The position numbers and the translations under genes were made by a program. Shown here in pieces: positions 1 through 8,426 of a DNA stretch of 64,000 nt; positions within the stretch are counted from its first letter, which is position 1; the number at the start of each line of letters is the position of its first letter. Below the pieces are notes generated by a model. That model had not been told where the DNA came from. It saw only the letters and a list, made by a program, of their open reading frames with translations, and did not search any database. The stretch is taken from the sequence record PQ015378.1, one strand, 5' to 3'.

Positions 1-1
1 T

Positions 2-766
2 GAGATCCAGGAAGACCCTGGTCTGCTGTTCCGTACCGACATTTACACCAACATCGCAAAACAGATCTACCTGTCTGCTACGCCGTACACTGGTAACTCC
101 TACGTTACCAAGATGATCGATTTGATGCTTCCACCAGAAACGGCTTGTCGTCTGCCTGAATGGGATATGTATATCAACGCGGTCGGTGTTCTGTATAGCG
201 AGCCTGACATCCGATCCAAAGATTATCTGACGCCGTTCAAGAACACGTATAACCATGCGCGTTACGAAACGCAGATGATGAAATCGAAGAAACGACTGCA
301 GCTGTACAACACAATGGTGGCACGTATTATCCAGAAGCAATTCCTGGAAGATAAGCAGCCTGAGCAGAAATGCTTGGTACTGTGTGCGACTGTTGAATTC
401 ATCAAGCAGTTGGTGAAGTTCCTCAAAGAGAAGTACCCGGATCAAGATATCTGGGAACACGTCTCTGGCTCGCCCTTCGAACGTCTGCAAACGAATGACA
501 TCACCATCTCTACGATCAAGTCGTCGGGTACCGGTGTTGACATTAAGAACTTGCGTGAGGTGATCCTGTGTCAAGCAACTGACTCGAAGAAGGATAACAT
601 CCAGATTCTGGGTCGACTGCGGAAACTCAAGCTCTACCCTGAAGTTACCCCACGGCTGACCTTCTTGGTTTGCCAGAACATTCCGCAGCATTGCAACTAC
701 GCTCGGAATAAACGGGAACACTTCATGGGGAAAGCTCTCAACATGGCAATGCGGCGCTACGGTTAA
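2..766 (+). CDS. Superfamily 2 DNA/RNA helicase, C-terminal part (phiKZ gp75-like); gene starts upstream of the window
   Basis: Frame is open from position 2: (D)EIQE motif II, YLSATPY motif III, STIKSSGTGVDI motif V, QILGRLR motif VI. Confidence 0.85.
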   Translation, partial: EIQEDPGLLFRTDIYTNIAKQIYLSATPYTGNSYVTKMIDLMLPPETACRLPEWDMYINAVGVLYSEPDIRSKDYLTPFKNTYNHARYETQMMKSKKRLQLYNTMVARIIQKQFLEDKQPEQKCLVLCATVEFIKQLVKFLKEKYPDQDIWEHVSGSPFERLQTNDITISTIKSSGTGVDIKNLREVILCQATDSKKDNIQILGRLRKLKLYPEVTPRLTFLVCQNIPQHCNYARNKREHFMGKALNMAMRRYG

Positions 767-768
767 TG

Positions 769-792
769 GCCTCCCTTCGGGGAGGCTTTATT
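769..792 (+). terminator. Intrinsic terminator GCCTCCC-TTCG-GGGAGGC-TTTATTT
   Basis: Perfect GC stem with UUCG loop directly after the helicase stop; identical stem at 10093 and 52727. Confidence 0.8.
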
Positions 793-807
793 TCGTCTGG
801 AGGTTTT

Positions 808-1020
808 ATGAATCATTGGTTTTATTTCGGTATGGTCGTTCTGTTCAGTTCTGGCCTGTTCATTGGTTTAGGGTCGATGATGTTGTTGGAAGCACATGCT
901 CACAAACGCAACGGCCTGCTCTGGCCATCGATGTTCTCGACACCCAAGCTGATCGTAGTGGTTGGTGTCTTTGCACTACTGTGTTCCTTTATGTACATCC
1001 ACATGGAGTTGCCGAAATGA
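808..1020 (+). CDS. Small two-TM membrane protein
   Basis: ATG 808 preceded by GGAGG; two hydrophobic stretches. Confidence 0.65.
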   Translation: MNHWFYFGMVVLFSSGLFIGLGSMMLLEAHAHKRNGLLWPSMFSTPKLIVVVGVFALLCSFMYIHMELPK

Positions 1021-1205
1021 GAGTATTCGCGGTTATCTTCTTGCTGTGTGTAACGGTTGTATTGGGTGCGTGTATCTGGCGTGATCGTAAGTACCCACGG
1101 TTAAAGAAAGGCTGGGACAAGTGCTGGCAACATCGCTTGGCTCTCGGTGGGTTGTTCGGGATGATCGTCTGTTTCTTAATGATGCTCATACTCTGGCTAA
1201 TCTAA
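1017..1205 (+). CDS. Small two-TM membrane protein
   Basis: ATGA overlap with the upstream stop; MRVFAVIFLL... and GGLFGMIVCFLMMLILWLI hydrophobic segments. Confidence 0.65.
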   Translation: MRVFAVIFLLCVTVVLGACIWRDRKYPRLKKGWDKCWQHRLALGGLFGMIVCFLMMLILWLI

Positions 1206-1218
1206 CTTTCTAAAGACC

Positions 1219-1236
1219 TATATTACAATCGTGAAT
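1219..1236 (+). promoter_or_regulatory. phiKZ-type early promoter TATATTAC(AATCGTGAAT)
   Basis: Matches the phiKZ early promoter core TATATTAC; the same 18-mer recurs at 43119 and near-identical copies at 42092, 42672 and 46291. Confidence 0.8.
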
Positions 1237-1260
1237 CTAACCCATCAAAAGGAATCTTTT

Positions 1261-1749
1261 ATGTCGAGCAAAGTAGATATTGAAACTGGTCCAGCCGCCC
1301 TTCGTGAAGCACCATTTATCATGGCCAACGCAATCTCGATGCTCCCCGACGAACTGACCGAACCAACGCTCGAATTCTACGTCGATAGCGCTGGGCGTAC
1401 CTGGGAAGCCGAGTACAACTGCGAACGTAACATCGCTGTAGCCTGCAAGAGCAAAACCCGCAATGGCAAGTACGACTGTGTACTGCGCCTGCCGCTGGCT
1501 TATGAGGATCGCACTGAAGCTCTGCGTTCTCTGGCGACATACGTCAACCGCATGGACCTACTCGAATACCTCTGGAGTACGTTGCAGACACGTATCGAAG
1601 CAGGAGAAGAGTTCAAGAATGAGCTCTTCAGTAGTGAAGGTACCTTCCGGTACGAGTTCAAGAACGATGAGATGCTTCACGTTACATGCATGACTCCATC
1701 CGATGTCGAGCTGTTCACTGTGTCCGTTCGTTTCAACGCATCCATTTAA
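1261..1749 (+). CDS. Hypothetical early protein
   Basis: ATG 1261 after AAGGA SD, directly downstream of an early promoter. Confidence 0.75.
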   Translation: MSSKVDIETGPAALREAPFIMANAISMLPDELTEPTLEFYVDSAGRTWEAEYNCERNIAVACKSKTRNGKYDCVLRLPLAYEDRTEALRSLATYVNRMDLLEYLWSTLQTRIEAGEEFKNELFSSEGTFRYEFKNDEMLHVTCMTPSDVELFTVSVRFNASI

Positions 1750-1759
1750 GGAGAACGCC

Positions 1760-1957
1760 ATGTGGGGTATTATCGCAATCGGTATTCTGATCATCTTCGT
1801 CTTTGGTGTACTGCTGGCATTCCTCGGCTTTGACATGTGGAAAGACTCCCGTACTCCAATCGGTAAGCTGGTCGCTACCCTGGTCCTGCTGTGTGGTGCG
1901 TTGGTATTGTGGTTGGATGGTGCCGCCGTACAACTCATCTTCGAAAACTTGAAATAA
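1760..1957 (+). CDS. Small two-TM membrane protein
   Basis: AGGAG SD before ATG 1760; two hydrophobic helices. Confidence 0.7.
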   Translation: MWGIIAIGILIIFVFGVLLAFLGFDMWKDSRTPIGKLVATLVLLCGALVLWLDGAAVQLIFENLK

Positions 1958-1966
1958 GGAAATCAC

Positions 1967-2221
1967 ATGTTCGTAGAACTTCCAATCATTCTGCTGATGA
2001 TCTTCTCTACCCTGCTCTTCCGGCAGTGGTACCAGACTGGTGAGGTCTTCAACCTCCTGAAAGTCTGGAACAAACGCATCGTGTTGATGCTCATGATCGC
2101 GGCCTTCCTGTTTGGCGGTGTTGGTTTCATTGCCATCCTCTCCGGCCTTTCCTTTGAACCCACTCAAGGAGGATACTTGGTTCGTTACGAATCAATGCTC
2201 CTCAAGGTGTTGATGAAATGA
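1967..2221 (+). CDS. Small two-TM membrane protein
   Basis: AAGGA SD; two hydrophobic segments. Confidence 0.7.
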   Translation: MFVELPIILLMIFSTLLFRQWYQTGEVFNLLKVWNKRIVLMLMIAAFLFGGVGFIAILSGLSFEPTQGGYLVRYESMLLKVLMK

Positions 2222-2460
2222 ATGAAGCGTTGTCTCTCACCCGATACCTCTTCGGTATGGGTGGACTCCTGCTCTGTTTCGTATTCGTTCTCGTAGCACT
2301 GTTCTACCACCACGTCAAAAACGCAAACCTCAACGATCCAATCGCTGAGGCTATTGCCATGGTTTATATCGGAGCAACGTTGGGATTGATCCTGTGGTTC
2401 ATCTCGATTCCAACGCTCTGCTTCTTACGCTCAACTTATCTCTGCTATCAGGTGATGTAA
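2218..2460 (+). CDS. Small two-TM membrane protein
   Basis: ATGA coupling; two hydrophobic segments. Confidence 0.7.
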   Translation: MNEALSLTRYLFGMGGLLLCFVFVLVALFYHHVKNANLNDPIAEAIAMVYIGATLGLILWFISIPTLCFLRSTYLCYQVM

Positions 2461-2711
2461 TGATCTTACCAATTCTGCTCAAAGTCGGCGCTGTCCTCAT
2501 GTTCGTGTGCATCGCAGCGATGTTGCTGATGATGACCTTCGACAAAACGAAACACATCAAGATCACCATGGCAGGACTCATCCTGTCTGGTTGCTTCATG
2601 TTGTTGATCTGCTTCTTCGGTCTGGCTGATAACCTGATGGATCTCAAGAAGATCTCCCAGGATACCAAGGACCACTACTGGGAACAATACTGCGCGGGGA
2701 ATGTGAAATGA
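2460..2711 (+). CDS. Small two-TM membrane protein
   Basis: TAATG coupling (MILPILLKVG...); two hydrophobic segments. Confidence 0.7.
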   Translation: MILPILLKVGAVLMFVCIAAMLLMMTFDKTKHIKITMAGLILSGCFMLLICFFGLADNLMDLKKISQDTKDHYWEQYCAGNVK

Positions 2712-2977
2712 TCTACTGGATTCTGGAAGCCATCTACACCCTGTGCTTTGCGATGGTTTGCACTGGGATTACATTGACCCTCGTGATGCTGCCTCTGATG
2801 GCGCACAAGGTCGAAACCCCAATGGGTCATGAAGTGCGCAAGGGTGAGAAAGAAACGCTCTACGCTGCCGTTAAGATCGCTGGATACGGTATCGTCGGCA
2901 TGCTGTTAATCTACGCGGGTATGTCGGTCCATATCCTCGTAACATTCCAGGAGATCCTCAATGCATCTGCATTCTAA
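2708..2977 (+). CDS. Small two-TM membrane protein
   Basis: ATGA coupling; two hydrophobic segments. Confidence 0.7.
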   Translation: MIYWILEAIYTLCFAMVCTGITLTLVMLPLMAHKVETPMGHEVRKGEKETLYAAVKIAGYGIVGMLLIYAGMSVHILVTFQEILNASAF

Positions 2978-3245
2978 TCCACTGTCACATATCGCCATCC
3001 ATGAACGCACAGAACCTTTCTCTGTACGTTTGACAAAGTGGGCTAAGACTGTAGAAGACGGAGCCTGCGCTCCGTTCATGGGTATGGACGATTGTGCCTG
3101 GTATGCTGAAAAGGCGGACGAGGTCGTTCGTATCTACCGGACCATCTGGCACTGGGGTGGTATCAAAGAAGCATGTGATAACTTCGATCACATCAAGAAC
3201 TTCTCTGGTTCCGCTTACGTTACTTCGGTCAATGTAGCCACGTAA
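2961..3245 (+). CDS. Hypothetical protein
   Basis: ORF overlapping the upstream gene end and stopping just before a terminator. Confidence 0.6.
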   Translation: MHLHSNPLSHIAIHERTEPFSVRLTKWAKTVEDGACAPFMGMDDCAWYAEKADEVVRIYRTIWHWGGIKEACDNFDHIKNFSGSAYVTSVNVAT

Positions 3246-3248
3246 CGA

Positions 3249-3297
3249 CATAAAGCCTCCACCTTCGGGTGGAGGCCTACGCCTTATTTTTTTTTTT
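3249..3297. terminator. Bidirectional terminator at a convergent gene junction
   Basis: AAA-GCCTCCACC-TTCG-GGTGGAGGC followed by a long T tract; near-identical copy at 58751. Confidence 0.8.
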
Positions 3298-3616
3298 ACA
3301 TCTGGCGAGTCATGTTACGGACTTCTTTGTCCATATCACGTTTCAACTTGGATTGCTCGTCAATCCGTCTCAACATTTCAGACTCACCAACCTCAAGCAT
3401 GTACATGGCTTCATCGAACGGGAGTTCTTTGAATTCGTTCCATGAAATGCTCCACCGCTCTTTCACGTTGTATCGGTCGAACTTCCGCATAAGCGAACGT
3501 ACGGCACCGCCTTCAACGACGTCTTCTTTATCATAGAGACGCACAACGTCTAACGGATGTTTATGGTGATGGGCTGGACGGATCTGGTAATCTTCCAAGT
3601 AAGCCTCGCGCAGCAT
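3296..3616 (-). CDS. Small conserved protein, tail/baseplate assembly chaperone T- or T4 gp51-like; start uncertain
   Basis: WSISWNEFKELPFDE resembles the chaperone T/gp51 signature; frame is open for 21 further codons upstream of the ATG. Confidence 0.6.
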   Translation of the reverse strand: MLREAYLEDYQIRPAHHHKHPLDVVRLYDKEDVVEGGAVRSLMRKFDRYNVKERWSISWNEFKELPFDEAMYMLEVGESEMLRRIDEQSKLKRDMDKEVRNMTRQM

Positions 3617-3782
3617 GATTTCTGCTAACGCTGGCCTTATGGCACCGATCTCTTCAGTGAGTTGTTCCAGAGCTCCCCTCTAGGACGACCGCGCAGCCCG
3701 AAGCTGTACTGAGTCACATGTCCTAGGGGATCACTTAGGTCCACTGATAGACGAGTCATCTGTGGGTCTTTGTTGCTATGAC

Positions 3783-5426
3783 CTACTGGTTGACTTTCTG
3801 GCCCGCCAAGGTAAAAAATGTCGACACTACATCGATCGGGATCAGGTGGTCGAAACGTTCGTGGAACGTCTTGGCCATTGCGCTGTCACAGACCGGGCAG
3901 TTCCAGGATGGAATGGCTACCATCGCCAGGATCACTTCGTCGATGAACTCCAGTACAGTTGCTTCGAAAGCAACAGCGTACTTCTTATCCGACATGACAT
4001 CGGACAGGTAAGCATCGATGACTTCTTCATCTTCGGTCAGCAGGGTCTCTTCTGCATCTACCCCGTCTTCACGGGTGTAGATAGCATCTACCCAATGCGA
4101 ATACTGGCGAGCACCAGTGAGTGCACCAAGACGAGAGATGTAGGCGTTACGACCAGCATCACCCGGCGCTTCGTTGAACGAGCTGTGAGTGATGTCGACG
4201 ATACCATCGATCCAGCGGTTACCCGCATCACGACGTTCAGCGATCGAAGGCACACGCAGCCGAACACCTACGTTGTCGAACCATTTGATCGGCTTACGAC
4301 CCAGGGTTGTGTCCTGAGCGTATTGGTCCAGTTCTTCGTTACGCAGCTGACGGCTCCAGCGGAGACGCAACATGTCACGCTGGCGCTGGTTCAGTTGGGT
4401 AACATCGAACCAGGTCAGAGAGAACATATCCAGTTTCGCTTCTTCGACATGAGTACACTTCGAAGGGTCAGCGACACAGGCATGACGATAGTTGAAGCCA
4501 CCTGGATACATGGTGGTAGCCAGAGCGTGGTGCAAGAGGGGTTCATCGAGAGCTGAGAGACGGTGCTCGATGTCGCCAGGGGTAGTGGCGACCATGTTGG
4601 TGTAGGTGATACACTGCAGCGCCAGATCGGTCAACGCGTTGTTGTAGATAGCAATGCGGTTGGAGAAGCCTTGGCCTTTGGTTTCACGACCCAGACGAAC
4701 TGCGATGTTCTGCAGACGTTGGATCATGTTGGCGACTTCGGTGTTTGTCGGAGTACGCAAACGAACCCAGATACCCGTGTGAGGCATCGGGAACTCGTGT
4801 GTAGCGCCCATGCCCGACTTACGTGTCAGGAACGAGAGCATATCCGACTTGGATGGTTTGTCAGACAGTTTGATCTTCGGCCGAGAAGGGCCGATCTTCG
4901 AACCTTCGTGCATGAAGAACTGTCGCCAATCCGAACCTTCGCGTTCAGTTGCCCGACGTGGGGTGCCGTGTGTATCGGCGTGTTCGATGGCGTTCTGGAG
5001 AGTCTCCAGCCATTCCAGGGTTTGTTTGTCAGTGACGACTTCGCCACCTTCAATGCCTTGGAACAGGCCGCCGTGTTGGAGCAGGATCTCTTCGAAGGTC
5101 TCTGGGTTCTCGCGCATGAACGCGATTACCGCTACCGCCGCAGGAATCTTCTCGCCATCAACAGGACGCTCGATGGTGAAGTTGACTTTCTTCTGAGCTG
5201 GAGTGAATGGTTGAACTTCTTCTGTGGTGGTTGGAGCTTCGTCTTCTTCCTCAGTAGGAACAAAGGCAGGCTCAGTGATGGAAGCTACCGGTACTTCGGT
5301 AGCCTCCTGGAGTACGGGTTCTTCGACAGGGACTTCGTAAACCGGAGTCTCTACTTGGCCGAAATGAACGGCGAGTTCAGGATTGATCTCTTGCAGTTCT
5401 TCATCATCTTGAATGTGATCGGACAT
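3783..5426 (-). CDS. Conserved phiKZ-like protein, possible baseplate hub/tail assembly chaperone (T4 gp26-like)
   Basis: 547 aa from MSDHIQ; acidic N-terminus, FPMPHTGIWVRLR and CPVC motifs; syntenic with phiKZ gp77 region. Confidence 0.6.
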   Translation of the reverse strand: MSDHIQDDEELQEINPELAVHFGQVETPVYEVPVEEPVLQEATEVPVASITEPAFVPTEEEDEAPTTTEEVQPFTPAQKKVNFTIERPVDGEKIPAAVAVIAFMRENPETFEEILLQHGGLFQGIEGGEVVTDKQTLEWLETLQNAIEHADTHGTPRRATEREGSDWRQFFMHEGSKIGPSRPKIKLSDKPSKSDMLSFLTRKSGMGATHEFPMPHTGIWVRLRTPTNTEVANMIQRLQNIAVRLGRETKGQGFSNRIAIYNNALTDLALQCITYTNMVATTPGDIEHRLSALDEPLLHHALATTMYPGGFNYRHACVADPSKCTHVEEAKLDMFSLTWFDVTQLNQRQRDMLRLRWSRQLRNEELDQYAQDTTLGRKPIKWFDNVGVRLRVPSIAERRDAGNRWIDGIVDITHSSFNEAPGDAGRNAYISRLGALTGARQYSHWVDAIYTREDGVDAEETLLTEDEEVIDAYLSDVMSDKKYAVAFEATVLEFIDEVILAMVAIPSWNCPVCDSAMAKTFHERFDHLIPIDVVSTFFTLAGQKVNQ

Positions 5427-5427
5427 C

Positions 5428-6063
5428 TTACGCCTCTTCAGTTTCCAGAAGTGCTTTCGCCAGTGCTGTTTGCAGGATGTCAGCACCGATTCCGGCTGCT
5501 TCCAGTTTGTTCATTTGGTTCATCAGCTCTGGGCTGATTTCTTTTTCCAGTTGGGTTTGCAGTTTGCTGTAAGCCAGCGAGCAGTCGGTCAGTACGTTGA
5601 GGACCTCTTCGGTGATTTCACCGGACAGATCTTTGTGACGCTTGTACGTGGCCAGAGTGAGCTCAGAGATAGTTGCCAGGTCTTCACGCAGGACTTGGAA
5701 GCCCTCATTGAATGCCTCGAAGTGTTCACCCAGCTTTTCACGCAGGGTGGCTTCTTCCATCAGAACCGGAAGAACGAAGAACATTGCAGCTTCGATCATG
5801 CCGGACAGACCGAGGTACAGTTCGTTCAGAACTTTGAAACCGTCGGTGGCCAGCAGTTGACGTGCTACAGAGGATTGGATCGCCAGAGCTGCTTCGAGGT
5901 CGATGTCTTCATCGTTGGCAGAGAAGATGGCTGGTTCTTGGGTCAGTGCTTTGGTCTTGGCCAGAGCTTCCGAGAGTTGCAGTGTGGCCTTCATCGAATC
6001 GGTCAGGGCGAATGGGGCTACTGCGTTGGCTTGAGCAACAGTCAGGTTTTTTGGATTGTACAT
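5428..6063 (-). CDS. Hypothetical alpha-helical protein
   Basis: Likely start MYNPKN at 6063; helical, coiled-coil-like composition. Confidence 0.65.
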   Translation of the reverse strand: MYNPKNLTVAQANAVAPFALTDSMKATLQLSEALAKTKALTQEPAIFSANDEDIDLEAALAIQSSVARQLLATDGFKVLNELYLGLSGMIEAAMFFVLPVLMEEATLREKLGEHFEAFNEGFQVLREDLATISELTLATYKRHKDLSGEITEEVLNVLTDCSLAYSKLQTQLEKEISPELMNQMNKLEAAGIGADILQTALAKALLETEEA

Positions 6064-6187
6064 GAAGCGGTTTCCTTGAATGCAAATTTGCGTGTTGTTA
6101 ACATAGGATCTTACCCCCAGTATTTTTGTAAAGAAGAACTCGTAACGCAACAGTATGTTACTAAAATCAAAGGAAGAGGGCTTTTTA

Positions 6188-7045
6188 ATGCAATACATCA
6201 TAGACAGCGTACTTACGCCTCTGGTTACAGAAGAGCGTAAGGAGGTCGTTCTCAAGTGCGTAGCTTCACTAGAGTCCCTCGAATTCAACGACTCGTTGGA
6301 TGAACTGCAGCAAGTCGTAGAGATGACCGATACCATGGGCGACAACGCCATGATGCTGGCACGTATTGATGACGTCATCTGGAATGCTCATGAAGTGATC
6401 TTCAAAAGACATGAGATCACTGTATCGAATGAAGCTACCCAAGAGGTTCGTCAATCACTCGTTGATGTAGTCTCTAACTTCGACAAATACATCATTCCCG
6501 ATCAACTACTCATGTTGTTCGAAGGTGCATTCATGCCTGAAGAGATTCTGGCTCAGATGTGCCAACTGTTTACAGGTATCCATGCTGATGAAGTGTGGCC
6601 TGAAGTTAAAGGCGTGTCAGAGAACCTGATGCGTACCATGAAAGAAGAGATCGAACGACAAGTGCGCTACCGTGGACTGGAGGACGCTGATCCTGTCCCA
6701 GTGATGCGAGTCAAGATGGTCAATGACTTCATTCGCGCTATGGGTGAAGGCACCCTAAGTATGGCACTCGACCTGGCACGAGCCGGTGTACGAGTCGGTA
6801 CCCGGACTGCGAGTTCGCTGGTACAACAATCGGTAGAGGCCCTGGACAAGAAAGAACCCGAGCAAGCGGCTTTGGAACTGTTTGGCCTGGTATTGATCTC
6901 CGATGTCGAACCGAAACAAATCGAAAAGCAAGTTCGTGATTACGTTACGGACTTCACTGACGACAATCATCAATCACGTCGAATGCTGGATACCCTCAAG
7001 GCCCCGTTCGAAATGCTGAAGGGCTACGTCGATGAAAACGCGTGA
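6188..7045 (+). CDS. Conserved phiKZ-like protein (gp79-like)
   Basis: 285-aa ORF directly upstream of and overlapping the RNAP subunit gene; synteny. Confidence 0.7.
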   Translation: MQYIIDSVLTPLVTEERKEVVLKCVASLESLEFNDSLDELQQVVEMTDTMGDNAMMLARIDDVIWNAHEVIFKRHEITVSNEATQEVRQSLVDVVSNFDKYIIPDQLLMLFEGAFMPEEILAQMCQLFTGIHADEVWPEVKGVSENLMRTMKEEIERQVRYRGLEDADPVPVMRVKMVNDFIRAMGEGTLSMALDLARAGVRVGTRTASSLVQQSVEALDKKEPEQAALELFGLVLISDVEPKQIEKQVRDYVTDFTDDNHQSRRMLDTLKAPFEMLKGYVDENA

Positions 7046-8375
7046 CTACTTCATGCAAGGCCTAGCAGTAGGCCTGCATAAACGTCGACAATGGATGAAC
7101 TGCTTGTTCAACATTGTTTACAACATCAATGCTTACGAAGAGCATTATGACTGGCGTCTGTATCAAGACGAACAGGGAATCTTCTTCTTCATCCCAGGGA
7201 ACAACGAAAAGGAATACCTGGAAGAATGGAAAGAAGGCGAAGCACTGCTGCACTTCCGTGACCCGATCACCATCCAGACTGGTGAGGTTGCAAACTACCA
7301 ACAACCAGAGCCACTGGAAACGACTTACGGTAACGTGTTCGTTAACCACCTGTGCCTGGTAATTCCGTTTGGACAGATCTTCCCATTCCAAGCTGGGATG
7401 TTCGATCTGAAGAAGATCGAGAAAGGTATCCTCGAACGAATGATCGACGATCCAGAAGACAATGACGACCCCGACGCAAAAGCTCCAGACGGTAAGATCT
7501 ATGTGCGCCAGTATCTGAAGTTTGCTGAACACATCCTGACTCTTCCGGCTTATTCGGATGGCGTGGTTACTCCAACAACTCCGAAGTCTCTGACTGCTTC
7601 CCCTGAGCGTAACGCTATCCGTGACAAGTGGATCAAAGAGAACGAACATCGACTGACTGACCCGGCGGCTGTTGCTGAGTTGTCTAACCTGTTGAAGAAA
7701 GTCGATGACGATTATCTGGCAGGTGACGAATCGGAAGAGTTCTACCGATCGAAGAAGAAGCTCGAAGGTGCACGTAAGAAAGTTCACTACATGTTCGGTG
7801 GTGAATCTGCGTTCTCCGACGGTACTAAGGTAGAGTTGATTGCCAAGTCGCTGGAAGAAGGCATTGACATGGACAAGCTGCCAGTCATGTTCAACTCCCT
7901 GCGTGCTGGTTCTTACAACCGTGGTAAGCAGACTGCTCTCGGTGGCGAATCGACTAAAACGATTTACCGGATGGTTGGTACTGCCCGTATTGCTGAACAC
8001 GACTGCGGGACGCACATCGGTGTACCAGTTACGATGCATCCGTTCATTGCTAAAGACCTGGTGGGTTACGCCATGGTTGCTAACGGTAAGACTACGGTCC
8101 TGACTGCAGACATGATCAATGGGTTAATTGGTAAGACCATCGACATTCGTGGACCATTCACCTGTAAGACTGGTCGTGACGTTGACCGTGGGATTCTGGG
8201 TAAGGGCAAGAACATCTGTGCGGTGTGTGCTGGTGCGGCCCTGGCAGAAAACCCGAACGGTATCCCTGCTGCTGCTGCGGGTGTAGGCGGTCGATTCCTG
8301 TCCCTCTTCTTGGCTAAGATGCACGCCACCGTACTTCGCACGGTTGAATGGGATCCATCGATCCGTATCACTTAA
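7032..8375 (+). CDS. Virion RNA polymerase beta'-like subunit (phiKZ gp80-like)
   Basis: beta' bridge-helix region (SYNRGKQTALGGESTK), EHDCGT motif, and Zn-binding CKT...CAVCAG. Confidence 0.85.
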   Translation: MKTRDYFMQGLAVGLHKRRQWMNCLFNIVYNINAYEEHYDWRLYQDEQGIFFFIPGNNEKEYLEEWKEGEALLHFRDPITIQTGEVANYQQPEPLETTYGNVFVNHLCLVIPFGQIFPFQAGMFDLKKIEKGILERMIDDPEDNDDPDAKAPDGKIYVRQYLKFAEHILTLPAYSDGVVTPTTPKSLTASPERNAIRDKWIKENEHRLTDPAAVAELSNLLKKVDDDYLAGDESEEFYRSKKKLEGARKKVHYMFGGESAFSDGTKVELIAKSLEEGIDMDKLPVMFNSLRAGSYNRGKQTALGGESTKTIYRMVGTARIAEHDCGTHIGVPVTMHPFIAKDLVGYAMVANGKTTVLTADMINGLIGKTIDIRGPFTCKTGRDVDRGILGKGKNICAVCAGAALAENPNGIPAAAAGVGGRFLSLFLAKMHATVLRTVEWDPSIRIT

Positions 8376-8426
8376 AAAAGGGACCACGGTCCCTAATGTT
8401 CTGTATTTAACCAAGAGGAAACCCCA

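Noticed and set aside
766-807. Upstream start MASLRGGF of the ORF at 766 (likewise 16494 minus, 53823 plus, 43604 plus)
   Set aside because: These extensions run through terminator or promoter DNA; downstream ATGs have proper SD sequences.
3740-3770. CTGATAG...GAGTC as a hammerhead-like core
   Set aside because: Core is not CUGAxGA and there is no GAAA partner; it is better explained as a simple hairpin.
6064-6378. N-terminal 105-aa extension of the minus-strand 5428 ORF
   Set aside because: It crosses the AT-rich divergent promoter region and overlaps the plus-strand gene; ATG 6063 is the more plausible start.
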